Source: Cenococcum geophilum (lineage: Eukaryota). Taken from it: a stretch of DNA of 64,000 bases. The stretch's first letter is position 1; each line of letters starts with the position of its first letter. This document shows positions 36,962-49,957 of the stretch, piece after piece. The position numbers were made by a program, and so were the translations under genes. Below the pieces are notes generated by a model. That model saw only the letters and a list, made by a program, of their open reading frames with translations, had not been told where the DNA came from and did not search any database. Location of the stretch: NCBI GenBank assembly GCA_050273025.1, contig CP158635.1, positions 10,602,001 through 10,666,000 of the forward strand. Reading direction: 5' to 3'.

Positions 36962-39900
36962 TGTCGGGAATACAGGCAAGTTGCCGTCACGCGAGGTAAG
37001 TTGCCGTCACGTATCGCCACGGCACTAGCGTGGCGAGGAGCCTTAGGCTCCTCGCCCTTCCTCAAAGAACAAAAAGAATAACAACCATTATACTACCTAC
37101 AACTTGTAGATACGTGATATTACCTTATGTTACCAACACTAATTAGTGGTTAACTTCACTGTTATACTACAGAACAGCTAGGTATTCTACTAAGAAGAGA
37201 CAAGCTACTGTACTAGTGCTACTTGTGCTAAAGGAAGCTATCTTTTAAGGTTAGAACTGGTCCTAAACCTTAAATAAAACTCTTTTACAAATCTAAGGAT
37301 TTAAAGGCTAGAACTGGTCCTAAGCCTTTCCTAGATTATAGATTCTTGCGTCTATTATACAGAACAATACGCTTTATAAGTCTTTACGATTTAAGGCTAG
37401 AACTGGTCCTAAGCCCTATAATTGTAAATATATATTATAAACGCGTACCAAATAATAAACGCGTACTAAACGACAATCCCTACCCTAATAATACTTCCCT
37501 CCCCCTAAAAACATAGCTACGCCTACCTTAAACGACTGGGAAGACTCCTTACTACTAGGGGTAGCTTTATACACGAAACTTATTAATAAAAATTAGGACG
37601 AATTTACCTTTAATATAACAACTTATACTATAAAATAAGTTAATAGCTTTCTTCTATACCATATTATATTCTACTAAAGTAAATACTACGCCGATTTATA
37701 GCTATGGGAATATTTTAGGGAGGATTTTATAGGATAGACCGCTAACACCTAGGCACTTAACAATATTAATATTATTTAGGATTTTTAAGACTTTCTCTAT
37801 AGGAATAGGGTATATATTACTAAAAACGGTAACCTAATTGCTAGTAATATTTAGGCCATTATTATTAGTATAGAAGAACTAGTATAGATAAAAGCTAAGA
37901 TTATACGTTAACTACGGAAACCTAGAACTAACCTATATTCTTTAAAAGGCAACTTTAATTTAAAACGAAACCCCTAAAACGCTACTCTCCTATCTAGGGG
38001 TACTCTCTTACCTAGAGGTGCTCTCCTACTTAGAGGTATTCTTCCTCTACCTTTATTACCTTTAGCTCCTTTACTCTAGCTAACTAGTAAGCCTTTACTA
38101 TAAAAAGTTACGAATTTAATAAAGGTATATTTGGATAAAGAGAAGAAGTTTAGAGGAGAATTATATAATATACTTAGAGTAAAACTATAGGTCTTCTATA
38201 ACTGTTATAATAAGGTTAAAATTTAATACCACTAGTACTACTATGCTTTCTCTATTATATTAAAGGGATAGGTAGTAATATTCTATTATAACTATATTAT
38301 GGGTAAAAACTATAGCTTTAATATAATGCTTTAGCTTACTAAAGCCTACTTTAAGACTAATAAAAATTACTAACTTTATATATCTAAATGGCGGGAGACT
38401 ATATTTTAGAGAGTTATTACTTCTAACCTAATAAAGACTTATTTAGAGTGCCTTTAACTACTCTTTAATAAACTCTAGAAAATCTAATATAGCCTTACTA
38501 AAACTTACTAAAATAAGAACAGTTTAAGGGACTAGGTTATCTTAGCCTGCTATAACATTCCTAAGTATAACTTAGCGCTATATAAACCTATAGATATATT
38601 TAAAGAAGTATATACCAAGCTACGCTTCGCTATAGGTACTATAATATAAATATAAAAATCTTAATAGTTCTATACTAAAAGCCCTACCTAACTAAGCGTT
38701 TCTAACTAATATAATTATAACTAGACTAACCGAATATATAGTGGCCGTAGTAGGGAATATAGTAAAGGGTATAATTAACGTTAACTATAAGGTAATTATA
38801 GAGGTCCTTATAGAGGTTTATTTCGAAGTAATTACTAAAAAAAGTACTATGTTTATAAGAAGCCAAATTACTAGTTAATTAGACACTCCCTTAATAAGTA
38901 AAAAAAGGTATATAATAAGTTTTATTAGAGTATAAGAAATGTTAGAAATTATAAGGTTACTATAGCCTACTTTTAAAGCTTTCTGGTTTAATACGAAGGC
39001 GTAAAAGATCTTAAGGGTAAGATTAATGAGGTTAAATAGCTCCTTATAGATATAGAAATTAAGGACTACTCCCCTAACTAATACTTTACTAAGTATGGTA
39101 AGGTAAATAGCATATAAACCTTGCTATTCTTAATAACCAATCTACACTCTATTCTATTACGAAATTAGATATCTTTAATAAGCTAAAAGAGAGTTTTACG
39201 TTCTCCTTTAATAATAAATACTTAGCGAACGTCTTTTATAGTATTATACTAGACACTAGAGCCATAGGAGTATCTATAGTAGAAGAACCTTAAGTTTAAG
39301 CCCTTTAGTAGCTTAATAGCTCTATTTAGATTAACTATTTAACGGCAGGCTAATATACAATTCGTTTTAGTAAGGGTACTGCAATTTCTTTTAGTATAAT
39401 TAGGGTTTAAACCCCTTTAGGGTATATTACTTTTTATATTATTCCTATAAACACCCCATTTTTATTTTATATTAAAGATATAAATAGATTAAGCGTTAAG
39501 CTTAATAACCTTAAGAATATACTTATTTAAGGAGATAATTAGGTGCCTATTATACGCAAGTAGGGTTACTTTTAGTTACTCCTTTACTAACTAGAAAAAA
39601 GTATTACTTAGAGCTACTTAACTAAGTTAGAGTTACGCTAATTACACCATTGTTTTAGCTACCTATTTATTTATTAATTACTTAGGGTTCTTTAGCAAGT
39701 AGGCTATAAAGTTAAGGTTAAAGTAATTAAGTATTTTATAAAATATTATTATTACTGCTAAATAAACTAGAAGTCCCCTAGCCGATTTAAATTTACCTTT
39801 AAAGATAACTATAACTTTAACTTCTATATTATTGTTAACGTTATATATTTTAGCAGTAAGCTAGTACTCTAAGTTATTAACTTCTTAACCTCCTTCTAAG

Positions 39901-41164
39901 CCGTATATTTCTTAAAGGATATATTAGCTAGGAACGTATAAGATACCCTTTAATTATACTAAATTAATATCTACCTAAGACCCCTTAATTAAATTGTCTA
40001 TAATATAGGAAAGAACTTCTTATCTATAGAGTTTTAATAATAGATAAAGGCAATAGTAATTAAGGTTAAGGAAGTCCCTATTAAGGCATATAATAGTATT
40101 AAAAAAGTGGAATAATATTACGCGCTATTACGCCGCGTATATAAGATTATTTCTTTAGAACTAGAGGGCGCTAGTAAAAAGCTTATCTTATAAATAGCTA
40201 TTAAAGCTATTAATAATTCCGCTAGCCCGAATAGACTTATACCTATATTACTAGTCTTTAGCGCCTACCCTTAAATAACTAATAATTCTCTACTATTTCC
40301 CTCTATTATATAATAAGCTAAGGCTATTTATAAGGCAATAAAGGAGGTATAATATCTCTACGCTATACGCTAGGTTAATAACGCATTAGGAATAAGAAAT
40401 AGCCTAAATACCTTAACTACGCTTAATCTACCACTTTAGTCTAAGGTACGCGTATAGCGTAAAAAGGGAGGGTAGTTAAGCCTATATTAACTTATTATAA
40501 TTAACGGTTAAACTTATACTATTTAGATACCTTATAAACCTACTTAATTCCATTTAACCGTTATTAAGCCTTATTATAAAGATAATAGTTCTAAGCCTTT
40601 ATAGGATACCCTAAAGGAGAACCACAATTAATATACTTTAAAAGGCGACTATAATTCTAATATAATTATAGTAAAGGTTCCGCAACTATACATCAGCATT
40701 TTGTTGGGGTGCCAAGATCCTGGAGGCCTCCTGACAGGATTTTGATTTTCCTGGAGGTCCTGATCGTCCTGACAGGCTCCTGACAGGCTCCTGGCAGGAT
40801 TTTGATTTTCCTGATCGTCCTGAACGTCCTGAACGTCCTGAACGTCCTGATGTCCTGAACGTCCTGAACGTCCTAATCGTCCTGGTCGTCCTGACAGGCT
40901 CCTGACAGGCTCCTGGCAGGATTTTAATTTTCCTGATCATCCTGAACGTCCTAAACGTCCTAATGTCCTAAACGTCCTGAACGTCCTAATCGTCCTGGTC
41001 GTCCTAACAGGCTCCTGACAGGACCCTACTATCCTAATGCGCTCCTGACAGGACCCTACCATCCTGATGCGCTCCTGATAGGAAACTAGTATTTCCTGAT
41101 CGTCCTGTCAGGATACCCCCCCAAAGCAACACCCTATGCACACCCCTCAAGCAACACTACTGGG

Positions 41165-41560
41165 GCTCTGCACGAGGCTCTACATACACGAAGCTCTGCG
41201 CGAAGCTCTGCTCGGAGCTCTACGCGAAGCTTGCACGAAGCTCTGCACGAAGCTCTACACGAAGCTTGCACGAAGCTCTGCACGAAGCTCTACACGGGGC
41301 TCTACACGAAGCTCTACACGAAGCTCTGCACGAATCTCTGCACGAAGCTCTGCGCGAAGCTCTGCACGAAGCTTTGCACGAAGCTTTGCACGGAGCTTTG
41401 CACGAAGCTTTGCACGAGGCTCTACACGAAGCTCTACACGAAGCTCTACACGAAGCTCTACACGAAGCTCTACACGAAGCTCTACGTACAAAGGCTCTGC
41501 ACGAGGCTCTGCACGAGGCTCTGCGCGAAGCTCTGCGTACGGAGGCTCTACACGAAGCCC
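41165..41560. repeat. 12-bp minisatellite (gctctgcacgaa / gctctacacgaa), ~30 units
   Basis: Directly visible tandem array; it produces the (HEAL)n, (CTKL)n, (SARS)n, (RASC)n and (RVEL)n ORFs. Confidence 0.95.
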
Positions 41561-41718
41561 CGCATGACACACATTACTATCGGGTCCCCGCTATATTCCC
41601 GATAGCCCTACACGTGCCTCTGCCAAGCTACCCCCTTTGTAGCCACCTTATTTTTTACCCTTCCTTACATCCTCCCTACCTTAGGAGGCACTAGAACGGC
41701 AGCCAGCAGAGGACTATC

Positions 41719-42096
41719 GCCAGAACCAGACGACCGTCGCCAGAACCAGACGACCGTCGCCAGAACCAGACGACCGTTGCCAGAATTAGATAACCGTCCT
41801 AGAGCCAGATAACCGTTACCAGAACCAGACGACCGTTACCAGAACTAGACGACGACCTTTCAAACAACCAGCCAGCGAATACCACGAATGATTTAATTGA
41901 TCGATCGATCGAATTAAACCAGAGCTTTGATATTAGCTTATCACCGAATCGAATCAAGGCCTCCTAGGGAGGCACCCTAGACGACTACCGTTCGAATGTA
42001 CAGCTAGCGAATGGCCGTAGAGAACGATCTGAATCGATTAGAGCCTTCGATCGGGCCGACCCCTCCCCCGAATTGAATTAGATACTGACATAGGCA

Positions 42097-42161
<65 letters not shown>

Positions 42162-42600
42162 ATAGGTAGGTAGGTAGGCAGGTAGGAGACGACCGTCGCC
42201 AGAACCAGACGACGACCGTTCGAACGACCAGCCAGCAAACACCACGAACGATTCAATTAATTAATCGATCGAATTGAACCAGAGCTTCGATATTGGCCCG
42301 TCACTGAATCGAATCAAGGCCTCCTAGGGAGGCACCCTAGACGACCACCGTTCGAATGTACAGCCAGCGAACGGCCATAGAGAACGATTCGAATTAATAC
42401 AATTAATCGCAATCGAATCAAGCAGAGCCTTCGATCGGGCCAACCTCTGCCCCGAATTGCAGATACAGACAGGTAGGCACAGACAGGTAGGCACCGACAG
42501 ACAGGTACAGACAGGTAGGATGGTCGGACAGGTAGGACAGGCAGGACAGGCAGGACAGGCAGGACAGGCAAGCAGGCAGGCAGGCAGGCAGGCAGGCACT
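41719..42600. repeat. About seven 20-bp tandem repeats (gccagaaccagacgaccgtc) followed by a ~360-bp direct duplication, each copy ending in a (CAGG)n tract
   Basis: 20-mers at 41719, 41739, 41759 and onward. gaatcaaggcctcctagggaggcaccctagacgac occurs at 41951 and 42310. (CAGG)n tracts at ~42095-42185 and ~42540-42597. Confidence 0.9.
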
Positions 42601-44923
42601 AGGCCTAGTTAGGAAATCAGTACACGGCCGGTGGATCATCGGGAACACCGCCAATTGACGATTTGGAACCTCTGCGAGAGCCTTCCCCCTCGTCTCCTTG
42701 ATCGATTGCTCGACGCCTGAGTAGACACGGACATAGGGGTAGGTAGGAAGGATCGATTTGGATTATTTAGATAGCTTAAAGCATCCTGTATATAGAATAG
42801 GGCCTAAAATTAAACCAATTTTTATATTTTAACTGCTATAAATACTGGAGTATTAATATACCTTATTTTAAAATCTAGAATTTTGTTATTTTAATTATTA
42901 TCCTGATTGTCCTAATTATCCTAATTATACTGATGGTACTAATGGTCCTGATGGTCCTGATGGTCCTGACAGTACTGATGGTCCTGGAGGTCCTGGAGGT
43001 CCTGGAGATCCTGGAGGTCCTGGAGGTCCTAGAGGTCCGTGTGGTCCGTGTGGTCCGGGCGACCTCCTGACAGGTTCCTGACAGGAAGCCGAGTGTGAGT
43101 GTCTCCTGGAGCTCCTGACAGCCCTGACAGGAGCTGTCAGGAACCTGTCAGTACTGTCAGGAGGCATAAACATTTTCCTGATGTAACGCGGTAGAGGTTG
43201 CCTAAAGGGATTATAAAATTACTAATATCTTATTAATTTTAAAGAGCAATTTATTGCCGCTATTAAGAATAGAGTTAAGTTATTAATGGCCTTTATAACA
43301 GCTAAGGAGAAGGCTAACTTTAAGCTTATAAAACAGCTTTAAAAGAAAGGTTATATTATAACCCCTAGAGCTCCTTTTTAAGCATCCAATAAGTAGGAGA
43401 TTAATAGTCTTATTATAAGAGGAGTCTTTAAATTTAAAAAGTATAACCTTATTAAGTTTAATGGAGTTCGCATCTTTAAGTTAAGAATAGTTAATAAGAT
43501 TAAGGGTAAAGCTACTAATACCCCATTTAAGAAATTAAGGCTTATTATTTAAGGCTACAACAATAATAGTAAGGAGGTAATTCTTATGTAATCTCCTATA
43601 ATTTAACAAGCTAGTTAGTAAGTTATTATTACGCTAGCTCCCTCCTTAATAAAAAACGGAATAGCGGTTTATTTATAAGATATTACTTAGGCCTATACCT
43701 AATTAGAGACGCACCTTTAGCGCTTAATACTAGCATACCTTCTAGAGTAAATTCGCCACTAATATCCCGAAGATACGATTATGGTTATACTTAAGCTATT
43801 ATATAGAATTATAGAGGTAGGAACTTATTAGTAGGCTACCTATAGTAAGTACTATAAAGAGAAGCTCTTAATAACTACTTTTATATTTAATTTATACTTC
43901 CTTATTATAACTATAGGAACCCTATTTAGAATCGTCGGCATATAAACTAATAATATAATTATCTTAGAAGATAACTAATTCTTAGCTCTTAAAGAAGATA
44001 AGCTAGTAAAGGCAAATCTTATAATAAAGCTAAAGGAAAAGCTTAATTTAATAACACCATTACTTTTTAATAGATATATCCTCTCCCTAAATAAGGATTC
44101 TATTACTTTACGCTAAAAAGGCTAAGGCAAAAAAATTAATGTTATTAACACTAATTCTCTAAAGTAAGGATATATAAAGTAACGCGCTTATAGAGCGTAT
44201 ATTACTTCTATCTATTAACCTAAGGCTTTATTTAATCTCTTTATTGCCACCTAACACTAGGAACTAACTAAGGATAATATTTTTGCCCTAAATAAACGTC
44301 TTTCCTAGCAAATAAACCATCTTAATTAGGGACTACTCTATATACCTATTAATCTTCCCACCGTTAAGCTCTTTATATTTATTAATAAATCGTTTATAAA
44401 TAATAAAGATTTTAGCTCCTAGCTAGAATATAAAATTATTATTATAAATAAATCTACTAGAGAGAATAACTTTATAATTTATAGCAATCTTATTTACTAG
44501 AGCTTAACTAAGAGTAAGAGCGTTATTTAAAGCATTCTAGCGTTAGAGATATATAAAATGGTTAGCGGAGTTAATATAGCAATTATAATTAGAACTACCC
44601 TAAAGATAATTATAGATTAACTTAAACTTTCTATTATCCCTATAATCGTATATACCGATTTATATTCCCTCTATAAGTGCTTAGTTAAGCTTAGTACTAT
44701 AAAAGAAAAGCGCCTTATAATTAATATTATGGCACTTTAGTAATTCTATAAATGGCAAGAACTCTTTAAGATCTAATAGATTAACGGCTAAGATAACCCG
44801 GTAAATATAATAACAAAGGCAAACCTAAATAAAGCTTTAGAAACATTTGTTAATATAAATACTCTACATATACGAGTTAAAGGTTAGGTTAAAAGGGAGT
44901 AGGAAAGAGAGACTTTATAATAG

Positions 44924-47900
44924 TGTGGGGGTATGCCACCTGCGGCGTCCTATAGACCCTAATTCCAACTAGCTAATTAGGATTTTCCATCCCTAGGATG
45001 GAAAATCGCTATTAGCTCGCTTATAACTAGCGCCTTGGCGACCCTAGACGCGATATCTATTACGTACCTACGTCCGCGATATATATAGAACTTAGTAGAT
45101 ACCTTCCTCTCTAGAGAAAAGATAATTATTTACCTATCTTTTATCTATAAGGACCCCTTTAAAGTATAAAACGCCCAACTTAATTATAAAAGCCTAAATA
45201 TAAAAACGATAGAGACCTTCTTAGCCTTTTAGACCTGCTTTCTATACCTAGCCGGCTAGGCTTAAATTCCCTAGAAAGATCTAATGCTCAACCTATTTAA
45301 TAAGCTTACCCTAGACCTGCAGTAAGCTATACTACTAGTTTTTACTATTATATAGACGCTAAAGGAACTTATAAACTAGTGCTTAGCTATTAACTAAGGC
45401 CTTTACTAAATTAAGGTATACGCCGAACGGTATAAAGCTAGAAACCCTTTAAATCAGACTATAAGTAATATGGAAACGGCCCATAATACCTCAGTATAAT
45501 TAGTAACCCCTATAGCACTACCTGTATAACCCACCGCTAATTTAATAGCTAGCTATACGGCTAGTCCTACTGTAGGTCTAGCGAATGCTCGGCTTATATA
45601 TAGCAACCCCTATATATAGGCCCTTAGTAATTAAGGAGCTTACTTCTCTTATAGTTAGAAAGGCTATTATATAAAGAATTGTTTAATAAATATAAAAGTA
45701 GACAAGGTCCTATTAATCTAGGAGAATAGCGTAGAGTTAGAAAAAGAGAAACCCTAGAGAAAGACTTCTCTTTAGAGTTAAAAGGGATTAATATATTATA
45801 TATTAATTTAGGTTAGCTAATTAGTGGAAGAAGCTACACTATCCCTTATACTTTATTCCGTAATAGATATTAAGTTTTAACCTTTACTTTAGCTAACTCT
45901 AGAGTAAATACCTTTACCTTAATAGATACTTAGTATACCGTAAAGCTAGCTAACTTTTTAAATATATTTATTAAAGAACTACCTAAGCTAATTCCTATTT
46001 ATAGGTATAATGGGTAAATAGGGCTACCTATTATAACTATCTTGCAAATTTACCTCCGTATTAATGATAAAGGTAATATAACGTCCCCTTCCTTATTACG
46101 GACCTAGGAAGCTATAATATAATCTTAAAAAGAAAATAGCTAACCTATTTAGGCTTATAGCTTAACGTACGGAGTAGGTAGCCTATTTGGCCTAAAACCC
46201 TACCCCTAATCCCTTCTTTTATAAAAGAAATTAGTATTATAATAGAAAACCTTATACAGCCCTAGATTAATACTATTTACTAGGTAGATGCTATACGTAG
46301 AGATTAGGCCTTTAAGAAAGATATATAGCTTAACCTATAACGGATCCGTATACTACGTCGCCCCTAAACTAGCTATATTACGCTACCCGCGTTAAAGACC
46401 TAGGAAGCTAGTAGTAACCTAGCTAAGTTAACTATAGAGGATTTAGGCCCTACGTAGCTATAAAGGAAAGCTAGAAATATTAGACGCTATACTAAACTAA
46501 TAAATAGGAAAGATAACTTATAGAAAATGAAATATAAGCTAAAAAAGACTATAAACCTTATACCGTAAAATATAACCTAACGGATATCTATAAAGAAACT
46601 AGCGGACCTCCTACTAGTTAATATCTACTATATTAGTGCCGTAGAATTTTACCGGAACTTAGTTTAGCCTAATACTGTCACCTTTATAACTAGCTTATAT
46701 AAAATTAATTAAATAATTAAGGAAAAGAAAAGTAAGCTTAGTAGATAAGAAAGTGAGCTTATAAATAAGGAACTAGTAGAATAGAAGCTGCCCTATTAAT
46801 ACTAGAAATTTAAGGACGTATTCTCTAAAGTAGTGTTTAATATACTTCTACCTTACTAACCGTATAACTATAATATCGAGATTAAGCAGGGTAAGGAAAA
46901 TACCCTTAGCTTTAGCACTCTCTATAAGCAGTTTATTACTAAATTATAGGCTATAAAGTAGTATCTTATTAATAACCTAAATAAGGGCTTTATTAAGCCT
47001 AGCTAAGCCCCATTCGCTTTACCTATTTTTTATTATTAAAAAGCCAAATAGAGAACTCCACTTCTATATTAACTACTATAAGCTAAATAATATAACCCGC
47101 AAGGACCGCTATCCGCTACCCCTACTTAATAAGACTCTAGCCTAAATAAGTAAAGCTAAGGTCTTTATAAAGCTTAATATCTGCTAGGCCTTTTACTAAA
47201 TTAGAATAAACCCTAGGTTTAAGGATTTTACTATATTTTAAACCTATTACAGAATATATAAATATAAGGTACTCCCTTTTAGACTAACTAATAGACTAGC
47301 TATATACTAGCGGTATATAAACAATATACTCTTTAATTACCTTAACGACTTCTATACGGCCTATTTAGATAATATTATAATCTACTCTAAGAACGAGCTA
47401 GAATATAAGGAGTATGTCTATAAAGTTTTATAACGGCTCTATAAGGCTAGCCTTTAGGTTAATATTAAAAAGTTAAAGTTTAATATTAAGCATATAAAGT
47501 ACCTAGGTTTTATTATTAGTATAAACGGAATTAAAGCCAACCTAGAGAAAACGGCTATAATTAACTAGTGGGTACCCCTACGGACCGTAAAGGGGAGATA
47601 ATTATTTTTAGGTTTTTATAACTTTTACTAACGCTTTATTAAGAACTATAGTAGGATTACCTAGCCTCTTAACCATCTTATTAGAAAAGACTAGCCCTTT
47701 TACTTTAACGCCATATATAGGCAGGCCTTTAATAAGCTTAAAAAACGGCTAGTGTTAGCTCCTCTGCTTACCTATTTAAACCTAAAACAGCCCTTAATAC
47801 TAGAAACTAATACCTTAGACGGCGTAATAGCTAGTATTTTTTTAGAAGTAACTAGACGGAGAATGGTACCCTATTATATACTATTTAAAGACTATAATAG

Positions 47901-49655
47901 ACGCTAAGCTAAACTACTATATCTATAACAAAAAATGCTAGCTATTATCTCTAGCTTTTAGTACTAGCGTATACAGCTAGAGGGGACCCCTAAGCCTATT
48001 AAAGTAGTTTTAGATTATAAGGCTTTAGAATATTTTATAATAACTAAGGCCCTTACGGCCCGGCAGGCACGCTAGGCGGATATCCTATCTTAGTTTAACT
48101 TCTTAACTATATATAGACTAGGCGCTATGAACTATGCGGACGCTTTTATAAGGCGTAAATAAGACCTAGATAACTAGACGGCTATAAAAATCTTATTATA
48201 GACCTAGGCGCTACTATAACCAAAATACCTTAACCCCTAGATACGGGCAGAACTAAATACGGACTCCTTAGGCGCTAAAATATATCCTATTAATTCCTCT
48301 AAACTTAACCTTATTAATAAACTACTATAGGCCAACTAAACGACCCCCTCTCTATAGGAGTACTATAAAAAAGTAAAGAATATTATTAACTTATAGTCCC
48401 TTAAAAACGGACTACTTAAGTATTAGAAACGGCTAGTAGTAGCTAAGAAATAGAACTTACGGACCTAGCTTATTACTAAAGCTTATACTTAGGTCTCTAC
48501 AGCCTACCCTAGAAAAAATAAGACCTATAAGATTATTAGCAACCGCTACTACTAGCCTAGAATAGTTATAGATATTAACCGCTATATATAAAACTGCAAT
48601 AGCTGCTATAGATCTATAATCCTATAAGATAAAACCCTGGGACTATTAAAACCACTCCTAATACTAGAACGCCCCTAGTAGTATATTTTTATAGACTTCT
48701 ATAAGCTACCTATAGACCATAATAGATATAATATAGTTATAATTTTAGTTAACCGCTTTAGTAAGCGCCTATTCTTAATCCTATATTATAAGAATATTAA
48801 TACTAAAGAAGCGGCCTAACTATATATCTACTACGTCTACCAAATTTATAGACCACTAGATACTATTATATCCAATTATAGGCCGTAATTTATATTAGCT
48901 TTTTAGAATAAGTTTACTTAGATCTTAGGCATTAAGCTAAATCTTTTTATAGTATAGTAACCCTAGAAAAATAGTTAGACGGAAATTATAAATTAATACT
49001 TAGATTAGAGACTTCGACCCTTTATTAACTACTTTTAAGATAACTAGGCTAAACTGCTACCCCTAATAGACTATGCCTAAGCAACCCTACCCTATAACTC
49101 TATAGGATTTACCCCTATTTAACTAAAAATAGGCTACTTACCCTGTATAAGCTTTAACTAGAAAAGACTAAAAAGACCCTAGACCGTATGTAAAAAACTA
49201 TCTTATAAGGAAGTATGGCAGTACGCTAAGCGCTTAGAAAAAGCCTAAATAGTAGCCCATATAAATCTAAAAAAGACCTAAAAATTAATGTAATAGTAGG
49301 CGAATAAGTATAGGTAAGAGCCTAACTTTACCATAGGAGATATAATCTAGGTTATAATAAAAAACTAAAAGACGGAACAACTTAGCTATAAGCTAAACTA
49401 TTAGATAATAGGACCGTATAAGGTTTTTAAAAAGATAGGCAACTTGTATAAAGTAAAGCTCCCAGATTTAATTAAGGTTTACCCTACTTTTTCTTTAAAT
49501 AAACTATAAAAGCTATAAATAACTTATTACCTAGATAAACGAATAAGCCTCCCCTGCTAATTTAAGTTAATAGCGATAATAAATAGGAAACTAAAGAAAT
49601 ATTAGCCTGTAAGCTTATAAGGGGAACGTTAAAATATTATATTAGTTGGAAAGGG
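44924..49655 (+). mobile_element. RIP-inactivated Gypsy element (internal region related to 1708-7928), with partial 5' LTR joined directly to mid-gag and chromodomain interrupted at 49655
   Basis: 44960-45045 matches the reverse complement of LTR 10119-10380. From ~45063 it is colinear with the reverse complement of 7040 down to 2270 (gag, PR, RT, RH, IN, chromo ...Y.ISWKG). Confidence 0.85.
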
Positions 49656-49957
49656 TGTAACGAAGCCTTGTAGTAATAACTACGGTAGACTTATTAATAG
49701 GCTAGGTGTATAGATAATAATAAGGTTAACAACGTAATAATAACTAGTAAAGTGGTTGCCTAATAGATTAACTCTAATTATATTCTAAGATTTACTATAA
49801 AGAAGAGAACTATCTAAGTAGGGACTATAGTCCTTTAAATATATAATACTGCGCCTAAAAAATACTTAGGTACGTTAGTACGTTAAGTAGTCTAAATATA
49901 TAACGTTTTAATAGATCTTATAGATTCTACGTTCCGAACTTATAATATAACTAGCTA

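Larger units (their letters stand above)
40691..43183. mobile_element. Unclassified non-autonomous DNA-transposon-like element (2.5 kb) with 6-bp TIR CATCAG, TA TSD and internal satellites
   Basis: ta[CATCAG...CTGATG]ta. Removing it plus one TA restores the Copia frame cta taa cgc ggt aga ggt tgc cta aag (de-RIP PRRGRGRPK). Both ends are packed with cctgacagg and 9-bp nGTCCTGAn repeats. Confidence 0.8.
36962..44923 (+). mobile_element. RIP-inactivated Copia (GalEa-like) retrotransposon; 5' LTR 36962-37138; 3' LTR not present
   Basis: LTR TGTCGG...CCAACA followed by ctaattagtgg. Domain order is gag knuckle (~38845), PR (DT.A ~39250), pre-integrase LH..F..L (~39640), integrase, RT (~43400-44100), RNase H (~44370-44850), i.e. 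Copia order. Split by the 40691-43183 insertion and ends in a purine tract at ~44890-44912. Confidence 0.85.

Noticed and set aside
41136..41694. ORFs encoding (HEAL)n, (CTKL)n, (SARS)n, (RASC)n, (RVEL)n
   Set aside because: Artefacts of a stop-free 12-bp minisatellite open in five frames; there is no unique coding flank.
41719..41860. 20-bp repeat array as a CRISPR
   Set aside because: Head-to-tail repeats without spacers, no cas genes, eukaryotic context.
42925..43173. Collagen-like GPPGPP ORF
   Set aside because: Translation of the 9-bp subterminal repeats of the TA-TSD element; no signal peptide or gene structure.
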